DNA of 64,000 bases from Podarcis filfolensis (taxonomy: Eukaryota), in assembly GCA_964270895.1 (NCBI GenBank), contig OZ185437.1; one strand, given 5' to 3'. Every line of letters begins with the position of its first letter. Position 1 is the first letter of the stretch. Positions 46,163-58,289 of this stretch are shown piece by piece. Position numbers and translations under genes: made by a program. Under the pieces are notes generated by a model, which was not told the origin of the DNA, made no database searches, and saw nothing but the letters and a program-made list of their open reading frames with translations.

Positions 46163-48650
46163 CTATTCAACATCCAAATGGATTTAACAAAATCATTTGG
46201 TGATGCTGCACCAAAACCTGCAGCAACTAGAGATAAAGTGTTTTAAATTGGGAGATATTGCTTTCATATTTCAGGAGAGTCTCAGATCTGAGAGATATTT
46301 GTGTTATGATAGCTGCAACTCTCCACTGAGCCATATCACAAAATGTGTAGTCTGTGATCACTGAAAGCTAATTGTTCATTTGGTCCATTATCTTTACTCT
46401 CCTGTCTCGCCTCTGTCATGAGCACTTAAAAACCTTTTACTTATAATCCAATTTCTAATTACCACTACCCATAATAGTCTCCTATACTGAAAACTCTTAT
46501 TATTATTCTAGTTATTCTCCATTTTCCCCTCTGAGCTGGTCTTGTTGACTTACCTTTTTTTACAAAATGTTTAATGGTCAATTACAATTTCAGCTTTAAT
46601 CTTATTTGGTATATATTTGGGGACATGTCATTGGGGCTGCAACAAACAGGAACACATTGTCTTTTAATTGAAGCACAGCAAAAAATAAATAAATGACTGA
46701 GTCATGAAACATTTTAGATCAAATAACAGTTTTCTTTGTCTGACATCATGGAAATAATTAAAAGAATATTACCTCAAATCACTCAACCATTCTGCAGTTT
46801 TTGAATGTTAAAGAATACAGTACTAGGCTATATTCAGACATGAACATGCTATGAATCTTTGTCTCCTTTCAGCAACGAAAATGGCTAATAGAACAGAAAA
46901 ATTGTTCCAGGTGCCTTACATAGAGCAAATTTATACTTTTTTACCATTTTTTAAACCAATTTTTACTCAATTTTACCATACCCCAGATATACTGGATATG
47001 CTGATACATAGTCATGTACTTTTCATTTCGTACTCGGTGCTGTATTCTTCTTCTTAAACCCAACTGTGGCTTTGTAGCCATTTGCTGCATTACCTGTGTG
47101 GGATAGCCAGCCTCATATAACCATCATGCTTAAGTCTAATTAATGCATGAAGAAGTTAGTACCACAGAGTGAGCTGTTCTGCCAGGCTTAGCTATGTCTA
47201 CTTCCCCTCACCTTTGGAGGAACTAGGTAATCAGGCCTATTGTTCTCGCCCAGTCTGCTTGAAAAGCTCAACATGTGAAGAGGTAAGCTGGTTGCTCAAG
47301 CTTACCTGCATGGCTCTAACAAGCCTGTGTTGAGTTTCTATACAAATAATTTAAGCACTTTCACCAATTTACAGCTAAGCCAAATTTTACTGCCTGCACA
47401 ACTTTTCTGACAGGTGTATGGCAAAGTGCATGAACCTGACCTTTGAGCAGTTTGTAGGTAAACCATTTTTTAACTTACCAAATGTGTGGTCTTTTCTTAT
47501 GATGGGGGAAGAGGGAAGTTTTGAAACTCACAAGGGCAACTTTAAAAGCCTATATTTCCACATTTTATTTGCTGCATATTTTGTGGTTTTTTTTAATCTC
47601 TGTGGGGGTTCTCTCACCAAACAGTACTTGCCCCAAATCTGGATCTTGGCATCCAGGAATTCACCTTTCATACTTATTTTTTTTCCTTAAAAAATAAGGA
47701 AATAAGGAAAATAAGCCTGGCCATTTGACACATTTTAGTTGCTCAGGACTTCAAAACCTATCACTATTACTAGCTGAAGATCACCAGGTGTTCTGGAGAT
47801 AAAAGGTGCATTGTGTTTACTTCTCTGTGCCATTAGGACTAAGATACTCCTGAATGCATTCGTGTTTTGCATATTCCTTTTTCATGGGGATTTAATTGCA
47901 TGAGTTAGGCTGACATTGGAGGGGTTTGTTTATGCAGGCCCCAGTTCAAGTTGAATATGCAATGGAGTGGAGCAGTGAGATCAGTGCTCACTCCTGAGCC
48001 CCACTACATATAAAAATTACATGCTGGGGGACCATGCGCACACTGGTGCTGTGCAACTTGAAAAGGCTAGTTATCAAGAGAGTTCTGTCTAATGGAGAAA
48101 AAGTGAAGCAATTTTGAGTTTGGGGGGAAGGTGGACAGACAGAAAACCAATGCATAGACAAGAAAACTGAGAGAATGGAAGATTTATAAAATATGGTCTC
48201 TGGAAATATCATCAAGATATCCTTAAAGAAAGAAGCAACAAACGTGAAGGAGAAGAAAAAGAAGAAGTAGAAGCAAGGGTGAGTGGCTTATATCCAGAGT
48301 GAGAGAGGCTAATTGCCCCCAAAGGAAGTTCTGAAAAATGTGCACAGCTCAATTAGGTAGCCATTGGGTAGGAAAAAATGTACTTATTCCTTTTCTTCTT
48401 GTTGTTCAGAAGACTAAAGAAGGTGACAGGTTTATAACCCCATCATTTTCAAGGACATCTTCTTAGCCCTCTCTATAGAAACGATAAACTGTGTTTATAC
48501 AGATCTTTAGGAAGGGGAAAGCATGGCTGTGCCCAGGCAAAATAAGACAAGGAAGATTCTAAAATTTACAAACCATGGCATTCTGCTTAGATAGGTGAAC
48601 GTTAAGATCTTTTATATAGCACAACATATGACCCTAAAAATAGGTACAAC

Positions 48651-48776
48651 CAGGGCTTTTTTTCAGCCAGAACTCAGTTCCGGCACCTCTCAGGAGGGTG
48701 TCATTGCCACTATAAGAGAACAAGCGAAGTGTTTGTGGTGAGTTCCAGCACCTGTTTTCCTAGAAAAACAGCACTG
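48651..48776. mobile_element. hAT MITE
   Basis: CAGGGCTTTTTT...AAAAACAGCACTG; perfect 8-bp TSD GGTACAAC. Confidence 0.85.
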
Positions 48777-50138
48777 GGTACAACCTCCTGATCTATGGTT
48801 AGGTGTGCTTTGTTCTCCAACTCTCAACAGGGGCTATGTGTTGCACTCAAAGGAACTTGTAAAGGCACTTTCATTTGGGCAAGGTAGCCCCCAATGATTT
48901 CCCCTGCTCCACCCTCGGTGTCCCATTCCAGGCCTTTTCTTAGTGTCCCCCCCCAAAAAAAAACTAAAGAGAGTTTGGTTGGTACATATGAGTGCAGTGG
49001 AAAGGAGGTTATGGGGCATGCAGCATTGGCTACATTCACATCATACATTTAAAGCACTTTAAACAGTCATGACTTCCTCCCAAAGAATCCTGGGAGCTGT
49101 AGCTTGTTAAGGGTACTGAGAGTTGTTAAGAAGTCCCTATCCCCCCCCCCCAAATCTACAATTTCCAGAGTCAATCCCTCTTCACAGGGAACTCTAGAGG
49201 GAGGAATAAGTGTCTCCTAAAAACTCTCCTAACCCTTAATAAACTACAACTCCCAGAATTCTTTGGGGACTGTTTAAGTTTAAGCTAGTAGCCATTGATA
49301 GCTTTATCCTCCACAAATTTGCCTAATTATTTTTTAAAGCCATCCAACTTGGTCCAGCTGATTTGGTTCTATGTTTTCCCCTTTAAGGCTGAATTTCCAC
49401 ATGTTCAGATTGATGGCGGCAACATCCTACTCATGAGTAAAAATCCGGAAGGGTGTCAACATTTGTCACCTCCTTAAGGAGGCGCCCTGTGTTTATTTTT
49501 TACTGCCTGCTGATTTCATATGATAATTTAAATTGATTTAATTTCATAGTTTTAATTGTATTTTAAAAGTATCGGGAGTTTGTTGGTTAGTCTTTGTTAT
49601 GCATAACATTGATGAAACTGGTGCTATTATAGAACAGGTGTCGTGTCCCCACACTCCAGAAAGGCACAAGGCCAAAAATATGCTAGTTGCAACTTTATTA
49701 ACTTCAACACATAAGGAACTGCAGCAAATGGGATTGCTTAACTCAATCCAAGCAGGCAGCCTGAGACGGGAGGCTGATAGCAGCTTTGCTGCAGCCTCTC
49801 CTGTGCTTCTCCTGAGCACAGCATCACTAAGTTAAATGGCCCATACCTTTCTTCCTTCCAAGAGGCCATGTGCTCCCGAGATCCTCTCCTATGTTTGTTA
49901 TGTTTGTTAGCATCTCTTCTAATAAATAACTGAACTCTTTCAGCAGATGAATAAACAAAGTTTATTTCACATTAGTCACAGCCTCAGAGATAATTGGCTG
50001 GTCACTTTTGAAGCTCGCTCTGAGAAAATAAAGGCCTAATAATGCTGCTCGGAAGAGTGAAATGAGTTCAGACAAGTGACAGAAATGCTTTCTAAAGTTA
50101 ATTATGTTTACTTTCCCTTCTCCCTCGGTGTTCATTAC

Positions 50139-50252
50139 CTTTAAATGGAGTCACACATTGGCAGTAGTAATTACCAGGTTGGTCAATGCAGGTGCCTCCA
50201 TGCTTGCAAGGAAACGAAGCACATTCATCTATATCAGTTTCACAGTGCATAC
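50139..50252 (-). CDS. EYS: EYS coding exon D (114 nt), ortholog of human EYS exon 13
   Basis: Minus strand: cttttcaaag|GTATGCAC...TTTAAAG|gtaatg. Translates (G)[37 protein letters not shown], closely matching human EYS [38 protein letters not shown] as recalled. Confidence 0.95.
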
Positions 50253-50669
50253 CTTTGAAAAGATAATTGAAGATGCAGCAATTTACTAAGACAGGCAGGT
50301 GTCAATTGATAATTGTTCAATTTGTACCTCAAGATTCCAGATCCATTCCATGCTGAGAATCTCCTCGAAATCAAACAAATAAGAACCTTACACACAGTAT
50401 ATTATTGTCAGAATCTATTTACTTCACACTCTCATGACTTACCGGTACATTCTCTCCTTGAATTATGTTACTTTTTGGTGACATGTGCCTCTATACTGCT
50501 CTGCAAATTACTTCTCAGTATTCTGGGAATAAGCCCTTCTGCAACACATTTGACTGGTGAATGGGGAGGATTTAGCTCAAATGTGTAGTGAAGCTGCTTC
50601 TTATAGTGAACCCTGGCTCTATTCTGCCAGAGAACAAACTACTGTCTGGCCATTAAGTATGGCCCAAAC

Positions 50670-50805
50670 CAGGCATAGACAAACTTGGCCCTCCAGATGT
50701 TTTGAGACTACAACTCCCATCATCCCTGACCACTGGTCCTGCTATCTAGGGATCATGGGAGTTGTAGGCCAAAAACATCTGGAGGGCCGAGTTTGCCTAT
50801 GCCTG
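50670..50805. mobile_element. Palindromic hAT MITE, same family as 46037
   Basis: CAGGCATAGACAAAC...GTTTGCCTATGCCTG; perfect 8-bp TSD GCCCAAAC. More decayed relatives lie near 39370-39500, 45440-45545 and 52565-52700. Confidence 0.88.
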
Positions 50806-51993
50806 GCCCAAACCATGTATGCTTATGGGAAAAAACAAAACATAACATAAAGAGCACAGCATGCAAAACTTTGTTTCATTTCAGTCAAGGTTGCAAAGTA
50901 CCCTTGTAAGGTACTCAGGGAGCAAGAGAGATGAAGATGAGAGGTTTTCATAAAAAGATTATTATTATTAATTTTAAAAAGTATAAAAAATAGCATTTTG
51001 ATGGCTAACTGTCCCAGAAATGGAAGGAGGGGAGATAAGGAGTGAGATGGCTTCAGGCCACAGAGGTTACATGGTGTGACTGTTTCAGTTCTTGAAGCCA
51101 GCATTCTGGACTAAGGGTTGGGTCCAATGTTAGTCTTATTCAGAGTAGGCTCATGGGTATTAATAAGCATGGCAAATTTAGGTCCATTAATTTTCATGGG
51201 TACACTTTGCTTAAAACTTAGTTGGATGCAGGATGAGCCCATGATAGCAAGAATCTTCTTTTGGAATCACTTGGGGCACTACTGTAAAGAACTAGCACCC
51301 ATCTGGAAGTGCATGTCTGCTAACAAATGAGACTTAGAAGGTCCAGGTAGGTTGAGGAAGACTCAGGGAGCTTTAGAGAAACTCAGAAAACTCATGGAGG
51401 TCAATGAGAATAACAAAAGCAAGGGGATGGAGCAGGCTGCCTTGGCCCCTTCCATTCATTTATTAAATCATTTAATATTATTCTAATAAACAACTTAAAC
51501 AACTTAAACATGCCCAAAGAGTGCTATGGTGTTCCTTTGATTCTGTCAGGATCCAGAGCGTTAATTATCTCAGGAGGCCCCAAAGCAGTGTATGGAGGCT
51601 GAAGAGACTTCTTTGTCCTTTTCAATAGACAGCTTCTATGGGAAACTTCAAGTGGATTTTATCCTAGCTATCTAGAACTCTCCAACCTTCCTTTCCAGTC
51701 AAAATGAAGCTTTTTGAGCCAAGGTTAGTGCTCTCTGGCAACAATTATCAAGCACATATTTATCATCCCTTTGCATAGATGTAGTCACGGTCCATTCTAG
51801 GCATGGCCCTGCTCATTTAATTTTGGAAAAGTTCACAGATGTGGCTGGCAATCCAGTTCATCTGGAATGCAAATGAATGCAAGTTGGGGAAGATAAAGAG
51901 AAACAAGAAGGAAGCAGCAGCAAATTAGTCCTAATGAATATCTTGAAGGCTACTCTTCCATAGAAAACAGGATCCATTATGGATGCCACTCAC

Positions 51994-52107
51994 CTGTGAA
52001 GCCGGAAAGGCAGACACAGTCATATCCGCCAATAAGGTCTGTACAAGTTGCATTATGGAGACAGGGGTTTGAGTGACATTCATTTATGTTGATTTCACAA
52101 AGTGTGC
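51994..52107 (-). CDS. EYS: EYS internal coding exon C (114 nt, phase 1-1, calcium-binding EGF)
   Basis: Minus strand: ttatag|GCACACTT...TTCACAG|gtgagt. Translates (G)[37 protein letters not shown](G); has the C-x-D-x4-Y-x-C motif. Confidence 0.92.
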
Positions 52108-53583
52108 CTATAAAGTAGTGGAAGGAAAGAAGACAATATTTTGCAGCATCCAGACGTTTAATCATGACTACGATTTTGTTTTGCATTTCCATGGAAAGCC
52201 ACTTACTCCTCAGAACTTTCTGTCAGTAACGTTATTATACTTTCAACCTGTCGCTCTAAAGCATTATTCGAGATATTTCACTGGTTTACTAAGAAGGCAC
52301 ACAAAGAACAAAGTCTTCACTGACACTGAATTGATTCTCAAGACTCATGGCAGGCAATTTCCTTATCAATTTGTATCAATATAAAGGGAAGAGAAAAGAA
52401 ATGACACAAATATAATAGACTGCATTTGCTGTGACATGAAGGGAAATCTTCCTTCTGTTCTTGATAAGCTAGTGAATGAATGCTCGCCAAAGTAAAAGGA
52501 GAAATTTCAAACGTAAAAAACACATTATACTACTTAAAAACCTGAGAGCGTGGTATTATATGCTGAGGCATGGGTGGGGAATATTTTGCCCTCCCGATGT
52601 TGCTGAACTACAACTCCCAGCAGCCCCAGCAAGCACAGCTGATGACCAGGGATGATAGGAGCTGTAGTTCAGCAACATCTGGCAGGCCAAAGCCCTCAGC
52701 CTTGTTTTGGGTATGTGTTTTAGGACACAGAACTCTTATTATTATTATTGCATTGTATTGAAATTATACAATGCAATATTAACAACATTTTTTTAAAAAA
52801 CCTGATAATTACAAAAACCAGGTGAGTTCTAAAAATATACACCTCAACACTTCTCAACCTCTGGTACGTCCTTCCTCTCCAATGAAGAATCAATCACTCT
52901 CTCGTCCCAACCAGTCAACCCACCAATGGCTAGTTCTAAGATGCCAGGATGGGTAAGGGTCAAGGAAGCAGATGGGTGACCACACTTCTTCAAACAGATT
53001 CTCCATATCCTCAGGCTGCCATAATCTAAACTGATTCAGTATAGGCAGAAAGACAGTGCTTTAGACACCTCCACTGGACCTCTAGCATTTCTTCCTTCAA
53101 TTAGTATCATTTGTTGATTCCTTTGCTATATCTTCTCCTTCATTCTCAAGCTCACACCGGGACAACAGGTGACAACAGAGGTGCTCATACATCTCATGAC
53201 CTGAGGCAAGCATTGGGATCATGCCCACTAGCTACACCCTTCCATATTTAAATAAAGCTAGCATTTGTTTCACATATTTATCAGCAGGAGATAGCCAAAG
53301 CACTCAACTGAAGTAACCAGGTAACTGAAAGAGCCGCTATTGTTAATTTTTACAGTAATATATTATGATTTGTGAATACAGTTATTTTTAGGATTTGAGA
53401 TAGATGAAATAATTCTACATTTCTAGCTTTGGATGAAGTTAATGGCACAATCCTATTCCCACTTACTTGAGCAAACACAAAGGGATTTACTTCTGAATTA
53501 AACATGCACTGGGATGTGCATAAATCTCCTAGATATGATTATTTGTATCCACTGCATTTTAAAGGCTGATAATTTTTGGTTAC

Positions 53584-53697
53584 CTTGAAATCCATCAGAA
53601 CACTGGCAGCTGAAGGCATTAAGCTGTTCGACACACGTAGCACCATTGTGGCAGGGGCCACTTAGGCACTCATTCATTTCTGTCTCACAGTTATTCC
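53584..53697 (-). CDS. EYS: EYS internal coding exon B (114 nt, phase 1-1, EGF-like domain); absent from the supplied ORF track
   Basis: Minus strand: cttatttcaag|GGAATAAC...TTTCAAG|gtaacc. Translates (G)NNCETEMNECLSGPCHNGATCVEQLNAFSCQCSDGFQ(G). Confidence 0.9.
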
Positions 53698-54929
53698 CTT
53701 GAAATAAGTGAAGAGGACATTTTTGAGAAATTCTTCATACAGCAGCGCAAATGGAAACAACGAAATCAAACGTATAAGTGAATACAGGTCTCTGTTTTCA
53801 TGCAGAGGATCCTACCTTTGACGTAAAGGTAACCAACATCAGGCAACATTATCTCATGAAGACAGAACACTCACATTTTCCATACAAATTGCTATAAATG
53901 TCCAACTCCTTTTGGTATTCAGTTCGCCGAGGGCAATTTGAGGAAGTTGGCCATCCCTAAGGGCGTTTGCCACAATGATCCAACAGTATGTCAAAGTCCC
54001 CAGTCGATCAACTTGATCTAACATTATGCTGAAGTTCCAGTCTTTAGCCACCCAAAGTTAAGCATATACTTCACCCTCACACAAAGCTCATGCACACGCT
54101 TACTTGCAATGCTCTTTACACCTATCGGATAAAAGTCCATAGAGCAAAGCTGCAAAAGTGAACAAGGCTAGAATGGGATTACTGTTTTGATTGCTAGTTT
54201 TAATTCTGTTCTGAAGTATTTTAATTGCTGTTTTTAACTAGTTTGCTTTTATTACTCTGCATTATATAATTATAATTTTCAATGTTGTAAGCTGCCTTGA
54301 ATCCCAACATGGAAGGAAGGTGAGATATAAATATATTAAACAAATACGGTAATTTAGATATAATACTGTTTAGACTGAGTGGTGCTGAAGCTTAACTGTG
54401 TCTATTTTGTTTCACAATTTTTTTTCCTTTCAAGTTCCCCTTAATAAAGCAGAGGAATGATGTATGTTTCTTGAGGTGATCGTAGTGATTTATTGAGCCA
54501 AGAAAACATTTGCTTTCAGCAGTTTCTTTCATGGATAAACGCAAACCCATTAGAGGTATTTAGAATGAAATTCTTTTAGAACCTAGAATTTGAAAATATA
54601 AAAGCTTTCCCATTGAAATTAATATTCTAAAAGAAAGATGTTGCTCAATGATAAAAGGAATAATCACCTCTTAGCAATCTGAAAATATATTTAAGATCAG
54701 CTCTAAGAGTTGTAATCATGGCGGGCATGACTGCTTACTTCTCTGCAATCAAAGGGAATGGCTCAGCAATTGTCATGCATTTTAAACCCTAATTTTAATG
54801 AGAGGAAATGAAGCATGTGCTTAACTTTCAAAATAGGCTTAAGACTAACAATGTCATTCAATATGTACTTACTCGGGAGTAAATCCTGCTGTAGTCTAAC
54901 TATATAACTATAACAGTTCAGGACTGCAA

Positions 54930-55270
54930 TACCTCAAGGACTCACCCCTCCATATGAACCTACCCAGACCCTGAGATTCATCTTAAGCCCTTCTTTGTGT
55001 GCTCCCTCCACGAGAGGTCCAGAGGGTGGCAACATGAGTATGGCCCTTTTCTGCAGTGTTTCCCCCCTAGGAAGTTCAGGTGGTGCCTTCATTCATGTAG
55101 TCCCCAGGAGAAAATCAGCCTGTGCCTGATTAACATCCGATGCTCTTTTAAATGTGTCTGGAAGGGAGGGTTATTCTTATTTTTATTATGTATTTTGTGT
55201 TTTTATATTGTATTTTTATGCTGCAAACTGCCCTGAGGTCTCTGGATGAAGGATAGGATACAAATTTAAT
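54930..55270 (+). mobile_element. Old L2-type LINE 3' fragment
   Basis: Decayed version of the L2 3' end (ACCCAGACCCTGAGATTCATC...AACTGCCCTGAG...AAATTTAATAAA); boundaries approximate. Confidence 0.5.
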
Positions 55271-55570
55271 AAACGTATTAATATATATTTACTTAGAATA
55301 AAGTACTACTGAATTCAGTAGGGGCTTACTCCCAGGTAAGTTGTGTTAGAGTTTCAGCAAGTTTTTATTTTAGTAGAGCATGATAAACCCTTTTCCTCCC
55401 AAGGGATGACATTTACTGTAGAAGCATGATTTACAACATCAAAATCTGCTGTTGAATAATACAAGTTACTGAGACTACCATAAATAATGCTTTAAAAAGC
55501 AAAACAAAACCATCAACTACAGTTACAACACAGATGCTTAATCAACTGACCTGTGTGACTATTTCTACAA

Positions 55571-55627
<57 letters not shown>
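55571..55627. repeat. (AT)n(GT)n compound microsatellite
   Basis: Read directly. Confidence 0.95.
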
Positions 55628-55630
<3 letters not shown>

Positions 55631-55800
55631 ATCTACAAATATATATTAAAAAATCACATTGGCTGTCTACTTTAAATGTACACTTTTTGGTGTCATTATG
55701 ATTTCATTTGGTAGTGGTGAACAATGACTCCACATCTAAAAAAAGCCAGGATAATTGGTTTTCTGCCAAAATTCCGATATTGAATTTCCAACACGAACTA

Positions 55801-56019
55801 CAGTGGTACCTCGGGTTACAGACGCTTCAGGTTACAGACTCCGCTAACCCAGAAATAGTACCTCGGGTTAAGAACTTTGCTTCAGGATGAGAACAGAAAT
55901 CGGAGGTGCAGTCGCAGCGGGAGGCCCCATTAGCTAAAGTGGTATATCAGGTTGAGAACAGTTTCAGGTTAAGAATGGACCTCCAGAAGAAATTAAGTTC
56001 TTAACCCGAGGTACCAGTG
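55801..56019. mobile_element. Tc1/mariner MITE, same family as 21142
   Basis: CAGTGGTACCTCGGGTTA...TAACCCGAGGTACCAGTG; TA TSD. Confidence 0.88.
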
Positions 56020-56994
56020 TAGTATCTAAATGCAGAGTCCTGTTAAAATCACCCTAGTAGTTTTGATTTCCAAGTAGCTACATCCAGCAAGCATGTTAGG
56101 TTTCACAGCAGCACTTTACAGTTTGCAGTAATCAATTATATTGAAGCACAAGTAGACAGTGAAAAGAAAACCCCAGTGGCCAGGGATACCAGGTCATGTG
56201 GTCCTCCTCCTTGACTTCTGATTGACAGGTTAGCAAACTGACACAGGGAAAGGAATGAGTATTATGCATTTCCAGTTACAAGGGAATTGCGAAAGATAAT
56301 CCTGAAGGCAGAGTGATGGAGAGTGGAGACAAGGAGAATTCTGCTGCAGATATTGCTGTGGCTCCTCTTCCTAATATCCAGGTCAAGCGAAGCCCTGATT
56401 AACTGCTGGTTTGAGCTTATCCTCCTATGGTCCGACCTACCCCTCTTAATCAGTGCATAGATGAATAGACAATTCACATTAAGATCCCATGGGTTATTTT
56501 AAAATTCTCATATAAGTTTAGCCAATCTCTCATGATGTGCTATGTGCGGTTTGGTACTAGAGAACAAATGCCAGCTCTGTAACAGGGATCTAATTCAGAC
56601 ACCGAGCAAGTTCTCAACCAAAAGGCTGCTGAACTGAGCAACACTTACAATCCATCCAATCAACTCTATGAGCCACAGGATGCCACTATTTTTATTTGTG
56701 AAATTCTTATGGCCCTTTCATAAAGGGCCTTCTCATACAAATCGTAGTGACTATATATTTATTTAAGTCCCACTACATATGTGTTTATGCAATTAGCACC
56801 TTCACATAATCCCTGCTGGTTTAGGAATCCAACAGCAGATTCTTGTATAAATGATCGTGCAGGAACCACAGGCGTATGAAGTGAGCCATATAGGACCAAT
56901 AGACAACAAACTGACAAAATACTAGCTGCTATGCAGCACTTTGGGGGAAGGGGTCTGCTTAATGAATTTAAAGTATCTTTAGAGCCAAACCTAC

Positions 56995-57117
56995 CTATAA
57001 AACCAGGTGCACAGAAACAACGATAACCATCAAATCCATCTTCACAGAGACTGAAAGCGCCACAAGGTCGTGACAAGCAGCCACCAATAGGTGTTTCACA
57101 CAGCTTACCAGTAAAAC
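56995..57117 (-). CDS. EYS: EYS internal coding exon A (123 nt, phase 1-1, EGF-like domain)
   Basis: Minus strand: polypyrimidine tract + caacag|GTTTTACT...TTTATAG|gtaggt. Translates (G)FTGKLCETPIGGCLSRPCGAFSLCEDGFDGYRCFCAPGFIG with EGF cysteine spacing and joins in frame to the exon at 53697. Gene identity comes from the downstream exons. Confidence 0.88.
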   Translation of the reverse strand, partial: VLLVSCVKHLLVAACHDLVALSVSVKMDLMVIVVSVHLVL

Positions 57118-57152
57118 CTGTTGAACAGAGAAATAAAGTGAATAAGCAAAGA

Positions 57153-57281
57153 NNNNNNNNNNNNNNNNNNNNNNNNNNNNNNNNNNNNNNNNNNNNNNNN
57201 NNNNNNNNNNNNNNNNNNNNNNNNNNNNNNNNNNNNNNNNNNNNNNNNNNNNNNNNNNNNNNNNNNNNNNNNNNNNNNNNN
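57153..57281. other. Assembly gap (129 N)
   Basis: Run of N bases starting 35 nt upstream (minus strand) of the first base of exon A. Confidence 0.99.
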
Positions 57282-57841
57282 TAAATAAAAAAACCTACCA
57301 ACATTATTTCTCGAAGTTTTTAGTTGCAATGCTTTAACAGCATTTCAAAGTTGGTACTCAAGAAAAATAAATGTCAAAGTAATACCCATCATTTTTATGC
57401 CCCCCTCTCAATATTAGTGACTAATGTTGCCATTTTCTACATGTCTAATTAGAAGCAAACCCCTCTGAGTTCAATGAGGGTTACTTCCAGGTAAGTGGGA
57501 TGGCAGCAGAAGGATTCTTGACATCTTCATTTTTTGTTTGATATAAAAACATGTATTATGGTGCTTGATGACTTTTTTTAAAATTTACTAGAAATCAATT
57601 GTTAGAACAGTAGCTTGTTCAAATGGACCGAATAAGCTCCGCAATTTAAATGAAGAATCTTTGAAGAACAAGGGACTGCAGAGAGGGAACCAGTGTCTTC
57701 TCTAGATCCCGAAGCGATGTGACAAGTTAGCACAGCCTTATAAAAGATCTGAAATGTACACTTCCAACAGTGCAGTTCTGTATGTGTCTACTCAGAAGTA
57801 AGCCCTACCCAGTTTTATGGTACTTATTCACAGGTAAGTGA

Positions 57842-58289
57842 GTATAGTAAAAGCTATGGTTTTCCCAGTAGTGATGTATGGAAGTGAGAGCTGGACTATA
57901 AAGAAGGCTGATCGCCGAAGAATTGATGCTTTTGAATTATGGTGCTGGAGGAGACTCTTGAGAGTCCCATGGACTGCAAGAAGATCAAACCTATCCATTC
58001 TGAAGGAAATCAGCCCTGAGTCCTCACTGGAAGGACAGATCCTGAAGCTGATGTTCCACTACTTTGGCCACCTCATAAGAAGGGAAGACTCCCTGGAAAA
58101 GACCCTGATGTTGGGAAAGATGGAGGGCACAAGGAGAAGGGGACGACAGAGGATGAGATGGTTGGATAGTGTCTTCGAAGCTACCAGCATGAGTTTGACC
58201 AAACTGCGGGAGGCAGTGGAAGACAGAAGTGCCTGGCGTGCTCTGGTCCATGGGGTCATGAAGAGTCGGACACGACTAAACAACAACAA
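57842..58289 (+). mobile_element. RTE-BovB LINE 3' fragment with 13-bp TSD
   Basis: ORF MSIVKAMVFPVVMYGSESW...; (CAA)n tail; TSD CACAGGTAAGTGA at 57829-57841 and 58290-58302. Confidence 0.94.

Noticed and set aside
56290-56455. Cluster of TAATCC/TAATCA (CRX/OTX-type) motifs in an EYS intron
   Set aside because: Such hexamers are frequent in AT-rich DNA; no conservation or chromatin evidence is available here.
56759-57304. 181-aa ORF in the ORF track
   Set aside because: It runs through Ns and intron sequence; only 56995-57117 is real coding sequence.
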